Position numbers and translations under genes: made by a program. A model generated the notes under the pieces. That model was not told the DNA's origin, ran no database searches, and saw nothing but the letters and a program-made list of their open reading frames with translations. This document shows positions 20,479 to 30,215 of a stretch of 64,000 bases of DNA, in pieces. Each line of letters opens with the position of its first letter. Within the stretch, counting starts at the first letter, position 1. The stretch is from Oligoflexia bacterium (GTDB lineage: Bacteria > Bdellovibrionota > UBA1018), in assembly GCA_903895855.1 (NCBI GenBank), contig CAITVN010000238.1:10331-74330 (forward strand), given 5' to 3'.

Positions 20479-21080
20479 AGAGCTCCCATCGGGAATGCTG
20501 AAGGCATTTTGGCGGTTGTATTTTCAGATTCTAGTGGTCCAGGCAGCGACCAGAATCCTTCGGGGCGATTCAGCAGCATTGGACCTAGGTTAACATTTAG
20601 GCCCGCCGAAGAGACTGGAAGACTGGCGTGCATCTCAACATAATCGTGATCAGAGAACTCGAATTCGTCACCGATTCTGTGAAATCCGTATTGCGAGTAG
20701 AAGGGTTCTAGTCTTTGTTGGGCATGTAAGTAGAACTCTCGATACCCCTTTTCTTCGCAAAACTTTAGCAGAAATTGAAGCAGCGCATGGCCATACCCCC
20801 TTCCTCGAAATGCCGATCTTATCGCCAAGCGTTCTAGTTTCGCAAATCCAGAAAAATAGCGAATTCTGGCTGTGAGAACCGGTTCGCCGTTGATCGATCC
20901 TATGATTTGGGTCGAAGTAAAGTCGTTTAGATCAAATTCTTCATCGTAGGGGCAGTTTTGTTCGTGCATGTAAACTATGGCGCGAACGATAAATGCCTTA
21001 GCCAGGTCTTGTTCATGACTCGCTACTTTAATGATCAGGCCCTCAGACTCAGCTCTTTTGAGACACTTATTTCGTGACAT
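20475..21080 (-). CDS. GNAT family acyltransferase (ElaA/YjcF-like)
   Basis: R..VY..EQ.CPY.EEFD, AKLERLAI, FRGRGYG, LHAQ..LEPFYSQYGF; ATG 21080 with GGAG RBS. Confidence 0.85.
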   Translation of the reverse strand: MSRNKCLKRAESEGLIIKVASHEQDLAKAFIVRAIVYMHEQNCPYDEEFDLNDFTSTQIIGSINGEPVLTARIRYFSGFAKLERLAIRSAFRGRGYGHALLQFLLKFCEEKGYREFYLHAQQRLEPFYSQYGFHRIGDEFEFSDHDYVEMHASLPVSSAGLNVNLGPMLLNRPEGFWSLPGPLESENTTAKMPSAFPMGAL

Positions 21081-22326
21081 GTTCAAGTTCTCCATTTCTG
21101 ACGTTGAATGTTGTTTTGTTAATTGTGATCTCGCTTGCACCAGCCCTTAGGTGTCTGAGTATTTCTTCGATAGCGGTGGGAGCCATTCCTTTTTCTCCCT
21201 TTCTGATTGCTGTTGCTGAAATATTGTCAATTCTGCGCACAGGATACGGATAGATGTGGCCACTTTCATCGTAGATGCCTCTAATCCACATACCTCCGAG
21301 GTCACTTCCGTGTATGCCGTGTATTGGCTCATTAGGATGAAGTTTGCGAATGTGTCTAATAATCCCGTAAAATCCTTCAGATTCGTAGATTTTTGGTAAA
21401 GAAAGTACTTTTACCCGGTCAGCCAAGCCGGCCTCTTTCACAGCCAGATCCATCATTTGAACTCGGGTTTTATACTCAAAGAAGCGGTTTCCGGTTGGAA
21501 AATAATTCATATGGACGTCGGCTTTCTTCGTGAGTTCGTAGACGCGCATTCCTGAATCCCACTCTGCAATTTTGATTTCGCCTTTTTTTAGGGCGATTTG
21601 GTGAAGCTTTGGGATGACTGTCGAGTGCAAGTATAAAGTGTTTAGCCCTCGATCATTGATTGCCCGCCTGATGATTTCCAGGTGCGAGTTGTGAAGCGGA
21701 TTGAAGGTTCCAAAAAATATTCCAACCCCGCACTTCGGTGAGAAGTAGGAGCGAAGGTCAGAGGTGATACCAATGCCTAAGAAGATCGATCCAAAGACAA
21801 GACCAAAGAAATAGAAAAGTGTCTTTGACCAACCCAGCCCTAGAGTTGCCAGTGCTGTGATGATGATATTGATTGAGAGGCTAACGAGCACATTTTTGTT
21901 TTTTTCTCCGTACTCTCGATTGGCCAGCCCAATTCCAACATATTGTATTCCTTGGGAGGCGGCCGTGGTCACGATGGCAACAACAATGACTCCACCGACG
22001 GCACTCATGCGTTCGGGCTGAATGACCTGAGAGTATTTGAGGGTCAAAAACACAAATAGATTGAAGGCAAGTTGTACGCAGAATCGAGCCAGTCGGCCAG
22101 GTGTCACCATTGCGGTTTTGAATTGGATCTTCTCTTCGATAAGGTTGCTAAGCTTCGAGTAGTGCGGAATGAAAAAACTGATGAATGAAGTTAAGGCGAT
22201 GAGGGATGGATTGGCCCATGCTTGGTGACCGATTGCGTAAGACAGGTACATGATAAATCCAATGACTAGACCGAATTGAGAGGACTGACTTTGAAGATAG
22301 TTTCTGAGTTTTGGCTCTAATGTCAT
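21067..22326 (-). CDS. Integral membrane protein fused to a HIGH-superfamily (NadD/cytidylyltransferase-like) nucleotidyltransferase
   Basis: About 6 hydrophobic segments, then GIFFGTFNPLHNSH (HxxH), GSD and ISATAIRK motifs; start 22326 or 22401. Confidence 0.75.
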   Translation of the reverse strand: MTLEPKLRNYLQSQSSQFGLVIGFIMYLSYAIGHQAWANPSLIALTSFISFFIPHYSKLSNLIEEKIQFKTAMVTPGRLARFCVQLAFNLFVFLTLKYSQVIQPERMSAVGGVIVVAIVTTAASQGIQYVGIGLANREYGEKNKNVLVSLSINIIITALATLGLGWSKTLFYFFGLVFGSIFLGIGITSDLRSYFSPKCGVGIFFGTFNPLHNSHLEIIRRAINDRGLNTLYLHSTVIPKLHQIALKKGEIKIAEWDSGMRVYELTKKADVHMNYFPTGNRFFEYKTRVQMMDLAVKEAGLADRVKVLSLPKIYESEGFYGIIRHIRKLHPNEPIHGIHGSDLGGMWIRGIYDESGHIYPYPVRRIDNISATAIRKGEKGMAPTAIEEILRHLRAGASEITINKTTFNVRNGELEHVTK

Positions 22327-22634
22327 ATACAATTTAATTTCCTTCTCAGGGGTTTCTCTTCGCAATTCCTGGGCCTGAAAGGGTTCTTTGATGTTCGGCA
22401 TTAGGGGTTGAAGGAGTTGGGTTCGAAGGGTTGGGTCAAACAGTTAACCTGATTGACTATTTTTGGTTAATAATCGCTGGGCCTACTAATTTGCGATTGG
22501 CTGATCCTGCAGGGGCTCTTTGGATGTTGAGTCGTTCATGTTTCATTGTTGGAATTGTGTTTCAAGTTTGAAACCAATAAAATAGTGGGTTGAGTAGTGG
22601 CCCGTGTGTCTTTGCTGGTGCCAGATAAAAGGAA

Positions 22635-23183
22635 CTAACTTATTTTAGACCATTCGTTTGCTAGACCTAATTTCGCGATCCACAAATTCAGATAGGTTAG
22701 GTCGACCTTGGTTTCAGCCAATATGCCCTTAATATCAGTAAGGTGTTTTTCTGACCCACCTTCTTTGAAGTACTCAAGCTTTTTGATAATGATGTCTTCA
22801 GCCGAAGCAATGGCGACGAATAGCTCTGGGAGGATTTCAATTTTTTGTCGTCTTGAAAATTCAGAACTTGAGAACTCGTTGTTCTTCAACAAAACAACGT
22901 CAATTTTAACTCCTGAAGATTGGTGAATCAAATTAAACATGCCCCCTCGTAGAACCTCGTCATTGATGATTTCTCTTGGCGGGCAATAATACTCATCGGT
23001 ATCAAAAAGTTTACAAAAAGGTGAAATTTGCAGGGATTTTATCTGAACAACAAGGTCAATATCATTAGTGAATCGTGGGCGACCATACTGCATTGCCGCT
23101 AGTGATCCCACCAAAAAATATTCGATTCCTGCTTGGCTTAATCGGTTAGTGGTCTCGCGAAGAGCGTCAATGATTCCTTGCAT
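22635..23183 (-). CDS. MenT1-like nucleotidyltransferase toxin (DUF1814/DUF6036-type)
   Basis: LVGSLA, PRFTNDIDLVV, IEILPELFVAIASAEDIIIKKL, KHLTD. Confidence 0.75.
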   Translation of the reverse strand: MQGIIDALRETTNRLSQAGIEYFLVGSLAAMQYGRPRFTNDIDLVVQIKSLQISPFCKLFDTDEYYCPPREIINDEVLRGGMFNLIHQSSGVKIDVVLLKNNEFSSSEFSRRQKIEILPELFVAIASAEDIIIKKLEYFKEGGSEKHLTDIKGILAETKVDLTYLNLWIAKLGLANEWSKIS

Positions 23184-23184
23184 T

Positions 23185-23367
23185 TTAATCTTTCAAGAGC
23201 GCGACGAAATAAGAAACTGTTTTTCTGTGAAGCTCATCTTCGGTAAGATTGGGGAATTTTTTTGAAAATTGGAATTTTTTGCTTAAAAATGCAAATTTAT
23301 ACATAGAGTCGGCCACCTCGAGTGCAAACGGTTTAGGTTTTGGATTTGCTGATTGACTGGCTTTAAT
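23185..23367 (-). CDS. Small MenA1-like antitoxin (60 aa, probable ATT start; not in the ORF track)
   Basis: AGGAGG 5 nt upstream of ATT; open to TAA 1 nt before the toxin ATG; ...ALEVADSMYKFAFLSKKFQFSKKFPNLTEDELHRK... Confidence 0.6.
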   Translation of the reverse strand: MKASQSANPKPKPFALEVADSMYKFAFLSKKFQFSKKFPNLTEDELHRKTVSYFVALLKD

Positions 23368-23407
23368 TGTGGCCTCCTAAAATCGACAATCTAGAAAAAG
23401 CAAAGTT

Positions 23408-23491
23408 TGGTGCCCGGGACTGGACTCGAACCAGCATGCTTTTGGCGCTCGCCCCTGAAACGAGTGTGTCTACCAATTCCACCACCCGGGC
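23408..23491 (-). tRNA. tRNA-Leu(CAG)
   Basis: GCCCGGG acceptor stem, anticodon arm CTCGT-TTCAGGG-GCGAG, long variable arm, GGTTCGAGTCC, encoded CCA. Confidence 0.95.
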
Positions 23492-23797
23492 AATCTAAAG
23501 GGCAATAGATGCCCTATCGTTATCAGATTGAGTTTCGGTAGTCTAGGAGGTTTGGAATAGCGACTGATTGGGATTTCAGGTGTTGGGTGGGTTAGTCGAG
23601 TTCTGAGTCACCCTGGGTGGCGATCTTTCACCCCCAACTATCTGAATTCACATGTTATCGTCCTAGTTTTTCGCAAGCTCCCTTTGGTGCTGTGTAAAAA
23701 ATCAGACTGTCACGAGAGTGCAAAGATTTTTTCGTGGCCAAATTAGCGCTGTCATGTCATTGCAATTTCTATAAATTAAGCATCGGGGGCAATAAAA

Positions 23798-25627
23798 GTG
23801 ACGAATATCGCATACGGACTGAAGCGCTCAGATATTAAAAACCCAAATTTACTCACCTGGGTAGATGACCTTGCAAAACTTTGTGAGCCGTCGGCCATCC
23901 ATTTTTGTGATGGCAGCGAGGCTGAAAATGAAGCCTTATTGAGTCTGATGACTCAAACCGGAATGTTGAAAAAATTAAATCCTGAGAGGCGACCGGGTAG
24001 TTATTTGGCGTTGTCAGACCCTTCAGACGTTGCACGGGTTGAAGACCGTACGTTTATTTGTTCAAAAACCCGCGAAGATGCAGGGCCTACAAATAATTGG
24101 GTTGCCCCCTCAGAAATGAAACAAACTCTACAAATTTTGTTTAAGGGCTGCATGCGCGGTCGAGTGATGTACGTGATTCCGTTTAGCATGGGCCCAGTCG
24201 GATCACCTCTCGCACAAATTGGTGTTGAGATCAGTGATTCGCCCTATGTCGTCGCGAACATGAGAATCATGACCCGCGTGGGCAAAGCTGTGATCAATGC
24301 CCTTGGGCAAGGTGATTTTGTTAAGTGCATGCATTCGGTTGGACTACCGCTTGCTGCAGGTCAAAAAGATGTTTTGTGGCCTTGCAATAAAGACACGAAG
24401 TACATTGTACATTTTCCAGAAGAGAAAGCGATCTGGTCATTTGGAAGTGGTTACGGGGGCAATGCGCTCTTGGGTAAGAAATGTTTTGCGCTTCGAATCG
24501 CTTCAACCATGGGTCGCGACGAGGGTTGGCTGGCTGAACACATGCTCATTCTCGGTATGAAGAGCCCAGACGGAGCTAAGAAATACCTCGCGGCTGCGTT
24601 TCCGAGCGCTTGCGGTAAGACCAACTTGGCGATGCTCATTCCACCAAAAGAGATGGATGGCTGGCAGGTCACGACAATTGGCGATGACATCGCTTGGATT
24701 CGCCCAGACAAAGAAGGTAACCTTCGCGCCATCAATCCAGAGGCCGGCTACTTTGGTGTCGCACCAGGCACTTCATACAAAACTAATTCAAATGCGATGG
24801 ACACCATCAAGCAAAATACCATTTTCACTAACGTCGCCTTGACCGACGACGGCGATGTTTGGTGGGAAGACATGACCGACGTGGCTCCGGCTCACCTTGT
24901 TGATTGGCAAGGTAACTCATGGACTCCTGGGTGTGGCAGAAAAGCCGCGCACCCGAATGCTCGCTTTACAGCTCCAGCTTCGCAGTGTCCATCGATCGAC
25001 GCAGATTGGGAGAACCCAGCTGGTGTGCCGATCAGTGCGTTTGTTTTTGGTGGTCGCCGTGCCGACACCGTGCCACTGGTGATACAAGCCCCTACCTGGG
25101 AAAAAGGCGTGTACATCGCTGCTACGATCGGTTCAGAGACAACAGCGGCCGCAGTGGGTGCCGTGGGTATTGTGAGACGTGACCCGATGGCGATGCTGCC
25201 GTTCTGTGGATACAACATGGGTGATTACTTCAGTCACTGGTTAAAGATCGGCAGCGATTTGGCAAATCCACCGGCTATTTTTGGTGTGAATTGGTTTAGA
25301 AAGAACCCTGAAGGCAAATTCATGTGGCCTGGCTATGGGCAAAACATGCGCGTTCTCAAGTGGATCGTTGATCGCGTTTCGGGCATGGCAGAGGCAGAGC
25401 AAAATGTTCTCGGGCTTTTTCCACGTTACGAAGACCTAGAGTGGTCGGGTCTTGATGAGTTTGACGCTGAAAAATTTAATGCACTGATGCGACTTGATTA
25501 TGAGTCTTGGGTAAAAGAGCTGCAATCGCATCGTGAATTTTTCGATCAGATGGGTAACACCTTACCTGAAGCGTTCGAGAAAATTCACCTGAGTGCAGTA
25601 GCTAGCTTGAGAGAGTTTTCAGTTTAG
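23798..25627 (+). CDS. pckG: Phosphoenolpyruvate carboxykinase (GTP)
   Basis: [39 protein letters not shown]. Confidence 0.97.
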   Translation: MTNIAYGLKRSDIKNPNLLTWVDDLAKLCEPSAIHFCDGSEAENEALLSLMTQTGMLKKLNPERRPGSYLALSDPSDVARVEDRTFICSKTREDAGPTNNWVAPSEMKQTLQILFKGCMRGRVMYVIPFSMGPVGSPLAQIGVEISDSPYVVANMRIMTRVGKAVINALGQGDFVKCMHSVGLPLAAGQKDVLWPCNKDTKYIVHFPEEKAIWSFGSGYGGNALLGKKCFALRIASTMGRDEGWLAEHMLILGMKSPDGAKKYLAAAFPSACGKTNLAMLIPPKEMDGWQVTTIGDDIAWIRPDKEGNLRAINPEAGYFGVAPGTSYKTNSNAMDTIKQNTIFTNVALTDDGDVWWEDMTDVAPAHLVDWQGNSWTPGCGRKAAHPNARFTAPASQCPSIDADWENPAGVPISAFVFGGRRADTVPLVIQAPTWEKGVYIAATIGSETTAAAVGAVGIVRRDPMAMLPFCGYNMGDYFSHWLKIGSDLANPPAIFGVNWFRKNPEGKFMWPGYGQNMRVLKWIVDRVSGMAEAEQNVLGLFPRYEDLEWSGLDEFDAEKFNALMRLDYESWVKELQSHREFFDQMGNTLPEAFEKIHLSAVASLREFSV

Positions 25628-25634
25628 TTAAACT

Positions 25635-26144
25635 CTAGGCCCCTTCGTTGGGCACATAGATTTCAATGAGGGCCTGACATTGATTAAATGTGATGCGCAT
25701 TAGGTACCCATCGGGAATTTTAACCCAGCCTGGCGTTGATGAGTGGGGCGCGCAATTGGTTTCGAGTTCGAAGCTGTAGCTGCGGCCAGGGTGCAATTCA
25801 ACTGCGCCTGTTTTATTGAGTTCTTTTTCTAGCTCAGCTTGCTCGAATTCAAGTTCATCCCAAGACTGCGCCCAGGTGGCGTAGGTTTGCCATTCCTTGC
25901 TTGCGAAATCAGTCGGTTCTTTTAATTGATGTTCAAATTTTTGAGTCTGCTCACGCACTAATTTAATTTGATTAAGGGGTGAAACGAATTTTGTTGGCTG
26001 AGGGACTACTTCAAATGAAACCTGTTTCTGGCCAAGGTAGATTTTTGACAACTGCCCAGTGAGTATTGAACCTAGAGCGAAAAGTAAGGTGATCAAACAG
26101 ACATTTGTCTTGGTGAAGTTTGATTTCTTGTCGCTCATACTCAT
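25635..26144 (-). CDS. Hypothetical membrane-anchored protein
   Basis: N-terminal TM, coiled-coil-like body. Confidence 0.55.
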   Translation of the reverse strand: MSMSDKKSNFTKTNVCLITLLFALGSILTGQLSKIYLGQKQVSFEVVPQPTKFVSPLNQIKLVREQTQKFEHQLKEPTDFASKEWQTYATWAQSWDELEFEQAELEKELNKTGAVELHPGRSYSFELETNCAPHSSTPGWVKIPDGYLMRITFNQCQALIEIYVPNEGA

Positions 26145-26329
26145 TAGTTTTGCCTCTAGAATTTCGTTGAGGCACTGCGAATTTTAGGCCAGTCACGAGG
26201 GCGCTGGTTTTGCGTTGGAGTGGCGGAGGCAACGCTGAGCGGGTAGCTACAAGCAAAATTCGGCTAGTTATTTTGCTATGGCCGATCGTTATTGAATCAA
26301 TGAGTCTCGATTGAAGACTAACTCTCTGT

Positions 26330-26375
26330 CTCACACACACACACTCACTCACTCACTGTGTGTGAGTGTGTGAGT
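26330..26375. repeat. Simple-sequence (CA)n/(CACT)3/(GT)n tract with self-complementarity
   Basis: ctcacacacacacactcactcactcactgtgtgtgagtgtgtgagt. Confidence 0.8.
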
Positions 26376-26400
26376 CCGCATTCAGGTCTGGGTTGGTGTC

Positions 26401-26430
26401 AAAAAGCACTTCCTCAGCGGAGGTACTTTT
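26401..26430. terminator. Probable intrinsic terminator downstream of kbl
   Basis: aaaaagcacttcc-tcagc-ggaggtactttt imperfect hairpin with A/T tails. Confidence 0.45.
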
Positions 26431-26527
26431 AGTAACTATCAGCGTCGGTTGTGGTCCCTAATAGGATAGCCTCGTAAAATATTTGGCTGTCCGGGGGCTC
26501 TCTGCTCGCCACGACTCATCTAATCGT

Positions 26528-27733
26528 TTACTTAATCACACCATGCTTACGGCCCACTTTGATGAACGCTGCCAATGCCTGGTCGAGTTGTTCTTGATTG
26601 AGGCCGGCTGAAATCTGGGTTCGAATGCGCGCTTGGCCCTTTGGTACCACAGGGTAGAAGAACCCGACAGCCAAGACGCCTTCTTCATACAGGTCTCGGC
26701 TAAACGCTTGGGCCACTTTTGCGTCGTAAAGCATGACAGGTACGATCGGCGTGTTGCCAGGTTTGAGGTCGAATCCGGCAGCCGTGAGGTCAGCGCGCCA
26801 ACGCTTTGACAATTGTTCGAGTCGATCGCGACGCTCAGTCGACGCAGTCAAAATGTCTAAAACGCGAAGGCTAGCGTACACGACCGCTGGCATTAAGGCG
26901 TTACTAAATAAATACGGCCTGGCTCGCTGCTTGAGTAATTCGATGAGTTCTTTTCGACCGCTGATGCAACCACCGGTTGCGCCGCCGAGAGCCTTACCAA
27001 AGGTGGTCGTGATGATGTCGACTTTGCTCATGACGTTGAAGTGTTCGTGAACTCCGCGGCCTGTCTTACCGATGAAGCCCGTGGCGTGCGAATCGTCGAC
27101 CGCAACCATGGCGTCGTATTTTTCGGCCAATGCGCAAACTTCGTCGAGTTTTGCCATGTCGCCGTCCATCGAAAAGACACCGTCTGTGATGATTAAACGG
27201 TTTCGGCAGTTTGAATTTTTGAGTTTTTCTTCGAGGTCACTCATGTCTGAGTGTTCGAATACGAAACGTTGTGCTTTACACAAACGCACGCCATCGATGA
27301 TTGAGGCGTGATCGAGCTTATCAGAGAAGATGCCATCTTCGGCACCGAGTAAGGTTTCGAAAAGGGCACCGTTGGCGTCAAAGCACGAAGAGAAAAGAAT
27401 CGAGTCTTCCATGCCTAAGAAAGTGCTCATCTTGTTTTCGAGTTCGCGGTGAATGTCTTGGGTGCCGCAAATGAATCTTACTGAAGACATTCCGAAGCCG
27501 CGTTTGTCTAATCCTTCGTGTGCAGCTTTCATCACATCAGGGTGGCTCGATAGCCCTAGGTAATTGTTGGCGCACAAATTAATGATTTCTTTTTCGGGCG
27601 AGTTTGCCGGAAATTTAACTCTGATCTTACTTGATTGTGGCGAGCAGATGATGCGCTCGTCTTTGTACAAGCCTTCTTCTTTGATGGTTGCGATGGTTTG
27701 GGTGTAAAAAGCTTTTGCAGATTTGTATGACAT
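26528..27733 (-). CDS. kbl: 2-amino-3-ketobutyrate CoA ligase (glycine C-acetyltransferase)
   Basis: NLCANNYLGL, SVRFICGTQ, DDSHATG, TFGKALGG, ARIRTQIS; adjacent to tdh. Confidence 0.95.
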   Translation of the reverse strand: MSYKSAKAFYTQTIATIKEEGLYKDERIICSPQSSKIRVKFPANSPEKEIINLCANNYLGLSSHPDVMKAAHEGLDKRGFGMSSVRFICGTQDIHRELENKMSTFLGMEDSILFSSCFDANGALFETLLGAEDGIFSDKLDHASIIDGVRLCKAQRFVFEHSDMSDLEEKLKNSNCRNRLIITDGVFSMDGDMAKLDEVCALAEKYDAMVAVDDSHATGFIGKTGRGVHEHFNVMSKVDIITTTFGKALGGATGGCISGRKELIELLKQRARPYLFSNALMPAVVYASLRVLDILTASTERRDRLEQLSKRWRADLTAAGFDLKPGNTPIVPVMLYDAKVAQAFSRDLYEEGVLAVGFFYPVVPKGQARIRTQISAGLNQEQLDQALAAFIKVGRKHGVIK

Positions 27734-27817
27734 GAGTTGTTTGCTCCGGTTAGTTAAAGTTTTTTCGCCATACTTGTCTGGCGTCAATAGAGTCGTTTCT
27801 GGAGAATCGTTTCTGGG

Positions 27818-28849
27818 TTACAGTGACTTCCAATCTAAAATGATTTTTCCTGAACTGCCGCTAATCATGGTTTCAAAACCTTCGACGTATTTTGCAACCG
27901 GAAATCGGTGAGTGAGAATCGGTTTAACATTCAAGCCGCTTTGTAGCATGGCGGCCATTTTGTACCAGGTTTCGAACATTTCTCGGCCGTAGATGCCTTT
28001 GATAAAAAGACCTTTGAAAATGATTTGATCCCAAGACACGTTGGTGGTTGGTGGCAAAATACCCAGTAGTGCGATTTTTGCGCCGGCTTTCACAGTTCTG
28101 ACCATGTCGTTGAGTGCAGTAGGGTTGCCAGACATTTCAAGGCCCACATCGAAACCTTCGATCATGCCGAGTGATTTCATGACGTCGTCGAGTGTGGTTT
28201 TACTCACATTGACGGCGTGCTTGATGCCCATTTTTCTGGCTAACTCGAGGCGGTACTCATTCACGTCGGTGATGACGACGTTGCGAGCCCCGGCGTGTTT
28301 TGCGACTGCGGCACCCATGATGCCGATCGGCCCAGCACCCGTGACCAACACGTCTTCGCCAACCAAATCAAACGAGAGAGCAGTGTGTACGGCGTTGCCA
28401 AGCGGATCAAGAATAGAAGCTTCGTCATCAGAAATCGCATCAGGAATCGGGAACACGTTCACCGCTGGAATCGAAAGGTATTCTGCAAAACAGCCTGGGC
28501 GATTCACGCCAACGCCTTTGGTGTGAATGCACAAGTGCCTCGTGCCCGCGCGGCAGTTTCGGCAGTAACCACAAACAAGGTGACCTTCGCCTGAAACGCG
28601 TTGTCCGACTTTAAGCCCAGTCACCGCTTTGCCCATCGATGAAATCACACCAACAAATTCGTGGCCCACGTGCATGGGTACGGGTATGGTTTTTTGCGCC
28701 CATTCGTCCCACTGATAGATGTGAACGTCAGTGCCACAAATAGCGGTCTGAGAAATTTTGATCAAAACGTCGTTTTCATGAACCTCGGGCATCGGTACTT
28801 CTTCAAGCCAAAGGCCTCGTTCGCGTGATTTTTTTACTAGTGCTTTCAT
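27818..28849 (-). CDS. tdh: L-threonine 3-dehydrogenase
   Basis: [15 protein letters not shown]-x2-C-x2-C-x7-C Zn site, [12 protein letters not shown]. Confidence 0.97.
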   Translation of the reverse strand: MKALVKKSRERGLWLEEVPMPEVHENDVLIKISQTAICGTDVHIYQWDEWAQKTIPVPMHVGHEFVGVISSMGKAVTGLKVGQRVSGEGHLVCGYCRNCRAGTRHLCIHTKGVGVNRPGCFAEYLSIPAVNVFPIPDAISDDEASILDPLGNAVHTALSFDLVGEDVLVTGAGPIGIMGAAVAKHAGARNVVITDVNEYRLELARKMGIKHAVNVSKTTLDDVMKSLGMIEGFDVGLEMSGNPTALNDMVRTVKAGAKIALLGILPPTTNVSWDQIIFKGLFIKGIYGREMFETWYKMAAMLQSGLNVKPILTHRFPVAKYVEGFETMISGSSGKIILDWKSL

Positions 28850-29287
28850 GAAAGTGTTTACTCCAAATGGGTTGGTCTAATTGTGGTTGAGCGTAACACC
28901 CGATTAGAGGGTTTGCCAAGGTTGGTCTGGACGAATTGGAGTTCTGGGTGTTTGGGCCTGCTGGGAGTTGGATTGGGTGGCGGATCAGAGTGGATTTTTG
29001 GTTTTTTCAGGGTGAGGGGGGGGGGGATTTTTTGGAGTTTTTTCGCCAACTGGTGCTCGAGCGCCAGGGTCAGAGACTGAAACGTCGAATTTCGGACGTT
29101 AAGGTCGTGACGCGGCCAACGTTCTGGGGGGGGGGAACGTCCGCCCGTGGACGTTCGTTGATTTTGCTCCGAGCGAGAGGCGGCAAATGCGTTTTTTGCG
29201 AGGCGCCAGTTCGAATTCGCGAAGTTCGGAGTCGAATTTGCCGAATGCTGGATGGTAGTTTACCAATTGCCTAGCGATACAGAAACA

Positions 29288-29331
29288 ATTCTGGGCAATG
29301 CAATCAGGGGGGAGATTGCATTGCCCAGAAT
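29288..29331. repeat. Perfect 18-bp inverted repeat (hairpin)
   Basis: attctgggcaatgcaatc - 8 nt - gattgcattgcccagaat. Confidence 0.85.
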
Positions 29332-29440
29332 GCGTCAGGCCGAAAAAAGGGGGGGGCCTGCGATGACCGGTCAGCGATGACTATATTTCGGCGAAGACTG
29401 GCGCTGCAGATTTGAAAGCTAGTGCCTCGTTTATTGAGCG

Positions 29441-30181
29441 CTATTGCCGTTGCGGGCCCTTGTTGGCCTCAACTCGTCGCTCGTGCGATGCCTGTTGTTG
29501 CTGTTGTATTTGTTGTGTGACACCGGTTAAAATTAGCCATGCTCGTCTGCAATCACGTGGCAAGCGCAGGTTGTACTCGAGTTCAGACAGAGTGCGGCCA
29601 CAGACCGCAATATCGACGCTAGTCTCTCCGATTTGACTCACCTGTTGTTGCTGACACTGTTGCTGTTGATTGCATTGTCCTCCAGATGTGCATTCGAGTT
29701 TTTTCGGATGTTTTGGGCAATAGGTGGGGCCATTAGAATTTCGGATTCTTTTTTCATAGGCGCAAAAACCATAGGTGTTAGAATCCCAATCTTTTAAGTT
29801 GACTCGATCGGAGAGAAACATCGCTTGAAAGTAGATGTTCATTTGCCGCCCGTCTGAGCTGATAATGGTGTCGCCCTCTTCGCGGCTATAGGCGCCACAC
29901 TGATAAATCATGCTTGAACCGCTCTCGCCTCTGGCTCTCAAAGTAGACGAAGACAAGTTTGTTGGAAGATTTGAGAACTCTGCTGGTCGCTCGACCACTC
30001 CTAATTTCCAAACACGGGTGAGGCCCACAAATTTATTGAGCTGCTCTGAGAGATGGTAGTCAGAGTCTGGGCCCACGTTGTGCTCAACTTCGGCCAGGCC
30101 TGCGAACTCGTGATGAGTCAGCTTGTACAAGGTATTCACTTCGGTTTCAGTGTTGCCCAGTGGGTAGAGCAACGAGAGCAA
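29441..30181 (-). CDS. Hypothetical Cys/Gln-rich protein (start uncertain)
   Basis: Long ORF with polyQ tracts (CNQQQQCQQQQ); no clear signal peptide or RBS. Confidence 0.45.
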   Translation of the reverse strand: MLSLLYPLGNTETEVNTLYKLTHHEFAGLAEVEHNVGPDSDYHLSEQLNKFVGLTRVWKLGVVERPAEFSNLPTNLSSSTLRARGESGSSMIYQCGAYSREEGDTIISSDGRQMNIYFQAMFLSDRVNLKDWDSNTYGFCAYEKRIRNSNGPTYCPKHPKKLECTSGGQCNQQQQCQQQQVSQIGETSVDIAVCGRTLSELEYNLRLPRDCRRAWLILTGVTQQIQQQQQASHERRVEANKGPQRQ

Positions 30182-30215
30182 GTAGCTAGAACAATGAGAG
30201 AAGGTAACGATTTCT

